Origin: Lama glama
Lineage: Eukaryota
Direction: 5' to 3'
Assembly: GCA_028534125.1 (NCBI GenBank)
Contig: CM052817.1
Span: forward strand, 105,092,001 to 105,156,000
Length of the DNA stretch: 64,000 nt
The translations under genes were made by a program, and so were the position numbers. The first letter of the stretch is position 1. Every line of letters starts with the position of its first letter. Shown piece after piece: positions 53,058 through 64,000 of the stretch. Under the pieces are notes generated by a model. That model saw nothing but the letters and a program-made list of their open reading frames with translations, searched no databases and was not told the origin of the DNA.

Positions 53058-53720
53058 GATTTTGGTAGTGAGAGTTGGGTACTTAGTAACAAATACCTAA
53101 AAACATGGAAGCGGCTTTGAAACTGGGTAACGGGCGGAGGCTGGAAGGTTTGGAGGTGCGTGCTCGGAGTATGTTTACTATGGGCAATTTTATTGAAGTC
53201 TCAAATGGAAATGAGGAACTTAATTTTAGAAACCACAGAAAAGATGATTTTTGTAATAAAGTGGCCAAGAACTTGCCTGAACTGCGTTCTAGTGTTTTGT
53301 GGAATGTAGGAAGTGTGAGTAATGAAATTTGATATTTAACAGAGGAGACTTCTAAGCAGTGCAGAAGGAATGCCGTGGTTCCTCCTGACCACTTGGAGGA
53401 AAATGTGAAAGAACAGAGATGAATTGAAGGAGAAATGGTCAAATAAAAAGGAAGCAGAACTCAATAATTGAAAAAAAACTATGTTAGTCTATTTATATTG
53501 CAAAAAGTGAGAAAGCATATTCAGAGGATAACAACAAGGGTGTGGCTGGACTATTTCTTGAAAAGAGATTTTTGGGGCTATACAAGCAGAAACAGCCAAA
53601 TCTGAACTGAATAGGACAGAGATGGGAAAAAATGAAGGAAGCTGTTGGATCTCTTGGATTTGACTGGGTAGTTATTGCGAATGAAAACAGGTGAGAATAC
53701 GTCTTGTGGAGGATTACCCA
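53058..53720 (+). mobile_element. MLT1 internal sequence (MaLR ORF remnant)
   Basis: Follows the LTR directly: gattttggta..., aaatacctaaaaacatggaagcggctttgaaactgggtaa; ORF MEAALKLGNGRRLEG...FCNKVAKNLPEL resembles the MaLR internal ORF. Confidence 0.85.
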
Positions 53721-55272
53721 TGTCTTTATCTATGTCTGTGATATTTTTGTCCTCAGAAAAGGAATTCTGGCCAAATATGAAAATGTTTACATTCAGTGGC
53801 TTCATTATACCATCTTCTATTTACAGATCAAATATTTCTTTAAAAAATTATGTAAGAAACAAACTCCAAGAGCAAAATTAAAAATGATACAACCCAATCA
53901 GTGTCCACTGACATTCTAACTCTCAATCTTGAATCACAGGGGACATCAAATATGCACTCAGACTTGGAGAGGCCATTACCTGGAATAGGACAGACACTAC
54001 AAATGATAAAGAATACATAGTCAATGTACATGGGCTCACATACATTCTTGGATAGCTGGTTTTAGAGGCTGGGTAAAAGAAAACATTTAAGTAAAATAGA
54101 AAATGCTTTTTTGTTTTTAGAAAAAAAATATTGGTTCTTTTAAAAAATTATCAGCCAAGAATTAAGAAAATTAAAGCATTATAATTTTTACAATAAAGGT
54201 TTTAAAATCATGGCAGAAACTGTTATAGATTTATATAATACAATTTTTCTTCTAAATAATATCACATCACACGTCCTTAGGTTCTTGAACTTAACTTTGT
54301 GCTTTAGATTAACTGCTTCCTCTACTTTTGACATTTTAAATGAATGGGAATTAATAAAATAGTAGCCAATTGACACTCACATTATTTCTTCTCTACTCCA
54401 TACAGATGTTATTTAATATGAGTTCCCATGTAAAAGTCAAATGGCATTACACTAAGTTTAAATAATATACTCTTCATGTGAAGACAGGACTTTCAATTTA
54501 CTAAAATATAAGACTAAAAATGTCAATTGTCCTGCAAGTAAGACTAACAGATTATATGGTGCCGAGGCAAGAGATCTAACTGACCACCAGTTAGAAATGA
54601 TCACTGGATGTCAATTTCTTTAGCAATTTTACTTTCAATACCATTGTGAAATGAACACAATAGTGTTTCTTTTTAACATCTGTGTTTAACACCATAGGTG
54701 AAAAAGGATGCACCAAAGGGAAACTCGACCAGCAGTGTCCACAGTTGCTAGTACTTCACAGAAGAGATTTTTCTCACCAAAATTTAAAGAAGTTTTACCA
54801 TATTTTTTTTATTTTGCAGTGACTGTGAAACAAATGATTAGCAATAAAAGAGCTCTTTGAATATTTTTATTCCTTCTCTTGTATTTAATGCGCTCCCTTA
54901 TTAGAAGAAAAATTAAAAGAAAAGAATTTCAGAAGAAATTGTCAAATATCTGTAGAACTCCATCATCTGTTTTTGAGACCACTTAGTGCATCTTTTGAAT
55001 CTAGAATCTGCACATGAAGAAATAGGAGTGAAGTAGGATCAGTGAGGAGATCAGGAGAATGTGGTGAGATAAAAAAACAGGGGAATCACATATAAAAGAT
55101 CACATATAAAAGCAATAATACTAGTGGCTTCTCTGCCACTTCCTAGCTGCATAATCTTGTGTATTGTCCATCTTTGATGAATGCTGTGAAATATTTTGTG
55201 TCTTTCCTCACAGGGTTTTTCAGATGTTTGCTATAAGGGTTCAATGAGAATTCATATGAAAATCTTAACATA

Positions 55273-55423
55273 TTTTATTTTATTTCATTATTTTTTATTG
55301 AAGTACATCAATTACAATGTGTCAATTTCTAGTGTCCAGCACAATATCCCAGTCATGCATATACATACATATATTCATTTTCATATTCTCTTTCATTAAA
55401 GGATATTACAAGATATCAAACAT
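55273..55423 (-). mobile_element. Short L1 3' tail adjoining a decayed MIR (~55120-55270)
   Basis: ttttattgaagtacatcaattacaatgtgtcaatttctagtgtccagcacaatatcccagtcatgcatatacatac. Confidence 0.85.
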
Positions 55424-55784
55424 AAAAGCCATTCAGCGTTTTGTACAAATGGAAATTAACGTTATATTTTTAATCTGACGTATTTCTGGTGGCATGGTAA
55501 GTACGTAAAAGTAAATAACATGCCCAGGAACAAAGCTGTTGGGGTTATCAGATTAATTGTGAAACCTGATTAGAGAAGGAGGGAATCTATTTTACATCAT
55601 GTCAAAAGGATCTTATTTAGAGGCAAACACATCATTAGGGTGTTTGTATGTTGTTATCTGGACACTCAAGATCTGCGAACAAGAATGTTTCAGGATGCTA
55701 TGATTTTGGACTTGTACACGTGATACCTGGCAGATCTGGTTTGATAAATACTACTAAATAGAACAAGAAAAAAAAAAAAAAGCA

Positions 55785-56230
55785 CTGCTTTCAAATTCCT
55801 ACCCAGCCACTTACCATCTGTATAACTTTGGGGGAGTTTATTTAGCTACGGAGTTCATGTTTTTTAATCTCTAAAATAGAAACGGTAAGGAGAATCAGAA
55901 TAAAACTAGCAACACGAGAAGCTAACATTGAGTACTAATTGTAGTAGATACTGTATCCAGTGCTTTCTGTAGGAATAATCATGCATGAGTTCCTGTGAAG
56001 AATGAAGACTATTTTATACATAAAAAGTTACTATTCTTTGAAACTTGTATGTGCTAAATAAAAGACAGTCACATATATGTTTATCAGTTAGAGAAAAGGG
56101 AAACAGAATCCTAGATATCTTATTTGCCTTTGGGGTAAACAGATAAGAATTTGAATTCTGACTGAGATAAGCGGGGTTATTTTAAGATAATTAACCTCTG
56201 TAAGCATCAGTTTTCCGACTTTCAAGACTT
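55785..56230. mobile_element. Cluster of decayed MIR fragments
   Basis: ttcaaattcctacccagccacttacc; gctaacattgagtactaatt; tttgaattctgactgag...aattaacctctgtaagcatcagtttt. Confidence 0.5.
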
Positions 56231-57948
56231 TCAAAAGATAACAACAGCTAATTAAACATGTGGCATGATTATCATCATGTTGCTTTTCCAGGTTAATGTC
56301 ATAAAGGGTCAAAATAAATATTGGTGTTTTATTTAGTGTCTTTGTCAGGTTCTAGAGTTTGAAAGACTTTGGAAAAAGTCAAAGATTGATCAGTGTTGTA
56401 CTGAACTTTGAGTTTGTATCTGGTCTTATTTTGTAAAGTTCTGAAATACAGTGATTGTTTTTTAATGTGATGAATTGCTTAAAATGGGCAGTTTCATTTG
56501 GAATCAATAGTCCTTTTTTTTCCCATTCATTTTTGCACATTGGACGTTAAAGATAGATTTTTTTATTTGTCAATTCATTCTTTAGTGATTTATCCAACTC
56601 AGGGAAACAGCCTTTTTAAAAATCTTTATGAATGATCTGGAAAAAAACACTTGAAGGAAGAAATTAAGATGATTTTCAACTTAATATTGATTCTTCCCTA
56701 TTCCCAATAAGATATTATTTTCAACAAATGATATGAATTGTCAAAAATAGAGCACATGAGATGTCTTGAGGTGTCCTTGGATGGCGCCCAGTCATTTAAA
56801 TATCTCAGCAGCCCAGAATCAAGTGCCACCAAGAGATAAGCCTGACCAGACTCCTGGTTTCACAATTGGAAAGCCATCTGGAGTGCTCTGAGCGTGGAGC
56901 AATGATTTTTGGTGTGTGCACAGCCCCGGCACAGACAGAGGCAGCTTGACTCACTTGTCTAATAAGGAAAAATCCAGTGAGGAGTGAAATCAGGTTTATT
57001 ACACTTCCTAAATTAAAAATAAAAGATTTAGATCGTTTCAATGCATACAAGGTGCAGCATACTCTGCTACATGATATTAAAAAAAGAAAGTACTGAGGAA
57101 TGAATCGAATAAAGACCTGGTGTTTACCCTTGAGAATTTTCCTTTAGCAATTGATAACATTTGTGCTGACACCAGAAATAAAATATTTAAAAGATGGGGA
57201 CATGGAGGTAGTCAGGCAATCCTGGAAATAATTTCAAAGCTGTTTCCTCTGGTCCAAAATGTGCACCAGAGTTTAGTGATATGTCACTATTGATGTAGTA
57301 GGCTATTAGTCAACGTGAATTGACTGAAACCTGGGTCAACAGAAAGACGATTTCCAGGGCGGCGAGGGGCGGGTTGCGGGGTGCATGCACATCCAAACAT
57401 TATCCCGTCTTTTTTTTTTTTTTTTCAGTTTTGGGTGGTTACAAAATATTTCCAAAGCTTTATTTCTATGTTTCTCTGGGTCTCTATGTGAAATTTATTT
57501 CCTCGTTTGGATCCTGATTGACTCCCCAGTTGTATGAAGTCAGATTTCCTGCCAACACGCCATTCATTCAGAAAACAAGTATTTGTTCCTTCTTCCCATG
57601 TGGGAGATTCTGAGTCAGAAATTGAAAATTAAATAAGATACAGCCCTTGTCCCGTCAAACTAAGAGTCTTATTGTTTTCACTAAAGAGAAGAGAAGAAAG
57701 GCAAAGGTGCAGAGGATGGAGTCAGAGAAGTCTTTCTGGAGAAGAGTCCTTTTGTATTCTGCTTGATAATAAAGTAGGGCTCCTACAGAACAGAATTCCA
57801 GAGAAACGAAAAAATATCTTTTAAAAGTGCCTAAGCTTAAAATTCATTATCTATGAAGACCTGTGACATTGCTAGTAAATGAATATAGTTGAAGCACAGA
57901 ATTTTTGTGGAGGAGCAAGAAATAAAGGTCAAAATAAGATCAGATCAG

Positions 57949-58501
57949 ATACTAGCTTGTTCTTGCTGCTGCAAAATATTATTACAAACGTGAAGAGACA
58001 ACAGTGATTTCTTATCTCAGAATTCTGCAGTTCCGAAGTCTGACTCCGAGGCTCACTTCAAGGTCTTGGCAGGGCTGCTTTGTTCATGGAAGGCTCCAGG
58101 GGAACTCATGTCTTTACTCATTAGGATGGCTGGCAGGTATCAGCCTCCTGAGGTGGTGGGACTGTGGTCCTGTCTCCTGGACGCCTGTCAGAGCCGGGTG
58201 CTGCCTACAGCTGGTGACCTCGTCCCTCCAGCTTCAAAGCCAGCAATAGTGGGCCAAGTGCCTGCAGACCCAGATTCTCTTCTGTCTCTTCTTTCGTTGT
58301 CACATGTCTTTGACTGGGTCTCCTGCTCCCCCTCTGCTTTCCCAGGCTCATTCGATTGATTTCAGTGGTTCCACCTGGATTATCCTTCGCAGGTCAGCTG
58401 ATTAGCAACTTTATTCCTTTTTGAGGGGTAAAGTAACATATGCACAGGTTCCAGGGCGTAGGTCTTGGACATCTTTGGGGGACAATTATTCTGCCTACCA
58501 T
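57949..58501 (-). mobile_element. MLT1D/E-type MaLR LTR
   Basis: tcaaggtcttggcagggctgc, ggaaggctccaggggaa, aggtcagctgattagcaact, acaggttccaggg, ggacatctttggggg...attattctgcctacca. Confidence 0.85.
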
Positions 58502-58689
58502 GGGTCACTTTTGCCATATTTGCTTAAAGAAAATTAAGAGAAGGATCTTTTATTCATTTCAGACTTTACATCTGTCTATTCAAATTTCCTAATTCTTCTT
58601 TGCCCAATTCTAGCATATTTGTAAAAATTCCTCAGTTGTTCTGATGTTGATGAAATTAATTAGTACGTAGACATGCATACTACTCTGTT

Positions 58690-59480
58690 TTAAACCTTTA
58701 TTATGTTAGTACATATTTGACGCTTTAATTCACATATATCCTCCTTCTTTCTTCCTGGATGTTTTCCCTTCTTGTTAATCTTTTCCAAAAGCTTGCTGTT
58801 GGTTCTCTAAGCCTTATTTATGTATTCTTTGTTTTCTATATTATTATTTAATACTTATTTTTATCCCTTTTTCAATTTCTTCTATTGTTTCTTTTCCATC
58901 TTCTTGAATTGGCTGCTGGCTCATTAGTTTTATTTCTCTAATTTTTTTTCTCTCGTGTGACTTATTTGTAAAGTTCTCTCTACATGTCTTTTTCTGTACC
59001 TTGTAAAATTTGGCATCTAACATTTTCACTGGCATTCATCTCTAAGTAGTTTTAATTTATTTTATAATTTCCTCTTTTAATAAGTGAGCTGCATTTTATT
59101 TAGTATGGAAATTGTATTTTACTTAGTATTGAAAAAAGTGATATTTCTTTTGTCATTTAAAAATAGTCATTTCTATTATAAGTTGAATTTTATTTCATAT
59201 GGAAAAATTGGCATTTCTTTTGTCATTTTTTAAAAATTATTAATTTCTATTGTATTGCATTGTGAATGGAGACTACGCTTTGTATGCTATTTATCCTTTG
59301 GGGGAAAATAAGACTTTTTGTAGATTACCTCATGGTAAACATTTACAATTTTTCCATTGTGGTTTCCTGAACTGCTAAAATTTTATGTATTTTTGTTTAT
59401 TTACTGTCTACATATCAACTTCCTAGAGATGTAACAAGTACAGTTTAATATTTGATTATTTCCTTAATATTTGGGGCTCT
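58690..59480 (-). mobile_element. Very old L1 ORF2 5' remnant
   Basis: T-rich antisense L1 character; minus ORF ...ERKKIREIKLMSQQPIQEDGKETIEEIEKGIKI loosely resembles the L1 endonuclease-Z linker. Confidence 0.4.
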
Positions 59481-59499
59481 ATTACTCATTTTGCATGAC

Positions 59500-61650
59500 A
59501 TTAGAGGTAAGATCCATCATATTTGTAATGAACAGATAATCATTATCTTGCAAAAGGCGTTTAAGTGATTACAGGAAAAAAGAGATATTAGAACATCTGT
59601 CCCACTGATTTTATTAGCCAGTTAAGTAAAAAGAAAGGAAAAGATCATGTAATTTATGAATATGAAGACTATATGGTATTTTATCTACTTTTATAAAAGG
59701 TATGCCACTGATAGAAACATCAAATAATGTACTTAAAAGACTTTATGCACATTCCTATTAATAAATTAAACTTAATACATTATCAGTGATATTTTCTATC
59801 ACTTCTAAAGTTTAGCATTACTGGAAAGGGTGGGTAAAGCTATAAAGAAAATGCATATGGAGTATGAGAATTGGAAAAGAAGATTTCTTTTAAATGTGCT
59901 ATTGTCATATAAACAGCTTGAGAATTAACAGATGAGAAAGTCCGTCAGGGTGACTGGATAGAGATCAGCTTGTGACCATAAACTGCACTTCTTGGTAGCA
60001 GCAGCAATCAATCAACAAATGTTATAATAAACAAATATCACTCATAGTAACAACTAAACTGTAAAGTACCTGGGAACCAACATAAAGAGCTAACATTTTA
60101 TACAGTAAATTATAACTGTAATAAAGAATAATACGAATAAATATAATATAGGAATAAAATACATAAATAAAATAATATAGGAATAAAATACATAAATAAA
60201 ATAATGTAGATTTAAACAAATGAAAATATATACTATATACAGGAATGAATAGCTATATTTAAATGTCAAACACATCAATTTCCTCCACAATAAAACATAT
60301 CATCAATACAATCAATGTAAGTTTTCCAGATGAGCATTCTGAGACATGTGGCAATCCTATTCTAAAATGCAAATGAAAGATTTCAGTTGCAGAGATGTCT
60401 AAGTTGACTTTAATAAAGAAAATAAGAGGACTTTCCCTGATGAATACTGCTATGTATTAAGAAACCATAGTACTAAACTGGTATAAGAACAGGAAATTTG
60501 ATTTAGGAAACAAAAGAGAAGGCACAGAAAAAAAAATACATATGTATATATATGAATGAGAAATGGTTTATCACAAATGGGGAAATGGTTTATTTAGTTG
60601 GCAATATTGAGAAAACTAGCAATGCTTTGAAGAGCACAGCTATAGCACTCCTTTTTCCAAATAATGTTGCACTCAGAATGCATTAATGCCCTAAAGGTAC
60701 AAGAAAAGATAAAGTACAAAGATAATAGAAGGCAACTGGGAAGAACTTTTTTTATGGCCAAGGGTGAGAAAAGCTTCTTGAATGAAATCTAAAAAGCACA
60801 AAGAAGAAAATGAAAACCAGATTTGACAACACACACATGCACTCAGGCACACACACACACGATGTATCTTCACTGATAGTCTCTGTAACCAAAGTCACAG
60901 ACAGATAAACAACCAGTGAACGATATTCCTAAATATCTCCTAAAATCCAAAAGTAAACCAAAAAAATCGTGATACAAATCAGAAATAGCTCTAATTACAG
61001 AATAAAAAGAAAATATTTCAACAGCAAAACTGACAAAGAAATGAACAAGAAGGTTATTAGTGTTGTAGTCCAATGGCTGTGTAAACTTCATAAGTAATCA
61101 GGAAAATAAAACCACAAATTAATACACCAGAGTGAAAAAATTTAGCAATGTGGATGCAATCTACTGGTGACAAGGTTACAAAAGAAGGAAAGCCTTGACA
61201 GCACTTATGGAAACTAAGCATGTATATACTTTAAGATTCAATGATCCTACTCTGAGTATTCCATTCCCAAAAGGGGGAAATTTTCTCAAAGGACCTGAGA
61301 AGACAAGTAATAAGATATTTATGGAAACTTTACTTGCTGTGGCAGGGCGTCTATCTCTAAGTATATAGATAAGAAATGGGGAACTACTATGGAAAGGTAG
61401 AAGCAGTAAGAGGAAAGAGACTAAAATACATGTAGCACCATGGATGGAGCTCAAAAATCTATGGATGAAGGAGAAAAATGGTAAATACGTCTTAAAGCTT
61501 AATGCCATTTGTATAAATTAAATTAACACATCCATGAAACAACAGCAAGTATTTTGTAATAACATTTGCAGATGAAGGACATGCACTGAACACATTAGAT
61601 TAATCCCTATGGAAGTGAGGAGTGGAAATGGATATTAGAAAGAAAGGGGA
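59500..61650 (+). mobile_element. Old L1M (ORF2 RT to 3' UTR)
   Basis: taatcattatcttgcaaaaggcgttt (IIS.DAEKAF-like), aagtacctgggaacc, attctaaaatgcaaatg, gaaaataaaaccacaa, catggatggagctcaaaaa. Confidence 0.7.
60143..60209. repeat. 29-bp tandem duplication (2 perfect copies + partial third)
   Basis: ATAATATAGGAATAAAATACATAAATAAA at 60143-60171 and 60172-60200, then ataatgtag. Confidence 0.95.
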
Positions 61651-61739
61651 AAGAAAATCAGATCAAAATTGTTTATATCAGAAAACTCCATAATAGTAGC
61701 TTAAACTCTTAAATATTCCTTTTTTTCCCTTAATTTGAA

Positions 61740-62070
61740 GTCCAGAATTAGGCGGAGGTAAATCAGTACAGCAGCTCATTTTATCAATCCCTTAAACTCT
61801 TTCTATCTGCCTGGAGATGTAACTGTGTTCATGGCTGCAGTACATCTGTTTCACTTCTAGGTTTGGCTCAAACATTCCAACTGAGAAGAAGGTTAAGACC
61901 TGGAGACTAAACATGAGAACCGAATGCCAATTGAGTCTGTCTTTATTAAATGGCTGTCTCAGAACTTCCTCTCAAAAACTTCTGATTAAACCCCATTGGC
62001 CAAACGTATGTCCCACAGCCACCTCTAGCTGCAAGGGCACACAGAAAGTCAAGTCTTTAAACATTTAGCC
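61740..62070 (-). mobile_element. Old MLT1 (J/K-like) LTR fragment
   Basis: aacttctgattaaaccccattggccaaac...cagccacctctagctgcaaggg. Confidence 0.65.
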
Positions 62071-62181
62071 CTGTAGAAGGGAGCAAAATCATAGAAGAAA
62101 GTGTCATTATCAATATGTTTACAAAACAGAACTTGTGTATGCATGCCATAGAGACCTAATGGGCTGAGAATTTCCAATAGG

Positions 62182-62681
62182 NNNNNNNNNNNNNNNNNNN
62201 NNNNNNNNNNNNNNNNNNNNNNNNNNNNNNNNNNNNNNNNNNNNNNNNNNNNNNNNNNNNNNNNNNNNNNNNNNNNNNNNNNNNNNNNNNNNNNNNNNNN
62301 NNNNNNNNNNNNNNNNNNNNNNNNNNNNNNNNNNNNNNNNNNNNNNNNNNNNNNNNNNNNNNNNNNNNNNNNNNNNNNNNNNNNNNNNNNNNNNNNNNNN
62401 NNNNNNNNNNNNNNNNNNNNNNNNNNNNNNNNNNNNNNNNNNNNNNNNNNNNNNNNNNNNNNNNNNNNNNNNNNNNNNNNNNNNNNNNNNNNNNNNNNNN
62501 NNNNNNNNNNNNNNNNNNNNNNNNNNNNNNNNNNNNNNNNNNNNNNNNNNNNNNNNNNNNNNNNNNNNNNNNNNNNNNNNNNNNNNNNNNNNNNNNNNNN
62601 NNNNNNNNNNNNNNNNNNNNNNNNNNNNNNNNNNNNNNNNNNNNNNNNNNNNNNNNNNNNNNNNNNNNNNNNNNNNNNNNN
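62182..62681. other. Assembly gap (500 N)
   Basis: Run of N. Confidence 1.
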
Positions 62682-62724
62682 TTTTTTCCTTGTATGCGAT
62701 TCTACAAAATGTAATGGGAAAGTA

Positions 62725-62960
62725 GATTTCTAATATTTACTGAGTTCTGCCTCAGGTTGTTGATATGCATTATCTTATTTAATCCTTCCGACAACCCCTT
62801 GATGTGGGACTGCTATTCTCCTAGTTCACAGAAGAGGAGATTAAGGTGGAGAGGGTCAATGACTTGCCTGATCTCTGAAGCTGGTGGACAGTGGGGACAG
62901 ACCGTCATCAGGAAGGAATCCTATCCCCAAAACGTCATCACTTAACGGCTATGCCTTATC
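62725..62960 (-). mobile_element. MIR SINE
   Basis: atatttactgag..., atgcattatcttatttaatccttccgacaaccct, acagaagaggagattaagg, tgacttgcctga. Confidence 0.75.
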
Positions 62961-63811
62961 ACTTTCCCTCCGGGATTTCTGTTATTCTTTGTTTAAATTG
63001 AACTGATGCCTTGACCAAGTGTCGAACTTGAAGGTGAGGCTTTTGGAATGAGAATAATTGATGGAAACCTGTGTTTAGTCCTAGCTCATTGCTCGTCCTG
63101 GTGTAAGACTAGAGTTACGTGAAAGGAATAAAACAAGTGTTCACCCAGGGCATAGGGAGATTACCTTCCTTCTGGCTCTATGAAACCCATGAATGGATTT
63201 TCCTTGGTGAGTTTAAAAGTATCTGGCCTTTTACATGTGATTTATGAAAATAGGCTGAATGAATTCTGAAAACCAAGTGATTTGAAAGCTTTTTATTTGC
63301 TTCTCTGGGAACATAACAAAGAAGCCAGGAGCAAGCAAAGCAAGTTTATGCTGTGGCTTGTGTGTCAGAAACGCCTTTGAGGTGCCTTCTAATAATACCC
63401 TATAAATAATTCTGTCCTAACCACCCAAGTTCAATAAGGACAAATGATTCTCTTTTTCACATTGAGAATTGAAAGCGTTCTTTGGTATCAAATTCTAAAA
63501 GTTGCTGCCAATATTGAACAAGAGTGAACGGTATTAAAGCTGAGTCATGAATTAGTGTATTTCTTCCTGTATGTTGGATAACCTTAAAAACAGGTGATCC
63601 AAATCGTTCTCTGGTAATTTTTTAACCTGACTGTATTATAATCAGATAAAATGATGCCTTTGTCAATTCTCATCTGCCTTTATTTATTTTATGTGTACCT
63701 CACAGTATAAGTAACATCAAATATTAAGAAGGTAGTTAAGATATAAATAATATTTAATATATTTCTCATTTCTTTAATAACGTAGTTAATGGCAACAATT
63801 TAAAAATGACT

Positions 63812-64000
63812 TTCTGAAGACTGGGAATAGACTTACCGTATGACCCAGGAATCCCGTTCCTGGGTATATATCCAGAAGGAACTCTACTTCAGGATGACAC
63901 CTGCACCCCAATGTTCATAGCAGCATTATTTACAATAGCCAAGACATGGAAACAGCCTAAATGTCCATCAACAGATGACTGGATAAAGAAGATGTGGTAT
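63812..64000 (+). mobile_element. Young 5'-truncated L1 (ORF2 C-terminus), runs off the window
   Basis: ggaatagacttaccgtatgacccaggaatcccgttcctgggtatatatccagaaggaac shares diagnostic wording ([18 protein letters not shown]) with the copy at 1965-2808. Confidence 0.93.

Noticed and set aside
53105..53332. ATG-initiated 75-aa ORF after an LTR
   Set aside because: Truncated MaLR internal ORF remnant; no evidence of constraint.
1..64000. CRISPR array, prokaryotic operon/defence system, tRNA/rRNA genes
   Set aside because: The sequence is mammalian and repeat-rich. No regularly spaced repeat-spacer array, long ORF cluster or structural RNA gene was seen; the recurring short repeats are dispersed L1 tails.

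Overview
AT-rich, CpG-depleted mammalian genomic DNA (intergenic or deep intronic) with two 500-N scaffold gaps. I cannot support any intact protein-coding gene, RNA gene or CRISPR-like array. The ORF-track entries I can recognise are decayed retroelement proteins (L1 ORF1/ORF2, ERV-L pol, MaLR internal ORF); the rest look like chance ORFs. The window is a layered set of eutherian repeats. It includes a deleted ERV-L/MLT2 provirus (19.1-23.8 kb) with a Tigger-type MITE nested in its 3' LTR, two more ancient ERV-L pol remnants, an ERV1-type solo LTR inside an old L1, MLT1/MER21-type LTRs, L2, MIR and MER58. It also holds many younger, 5'-truncated L1 tails, several with readable target-site duplications and one with a classic twin-priming inversion. 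The L1 tail style and the absence of recognisable Alu, B1, Bov-A/BovB or PRE-1 suggest a cetartiodactyl, probably a camelid (inference). I found no convincing novel biological system. The findings are modest structural and regulatory candidates. Family names come from memory of consensus sequences, not from a database search, and most boundaries are approximate.
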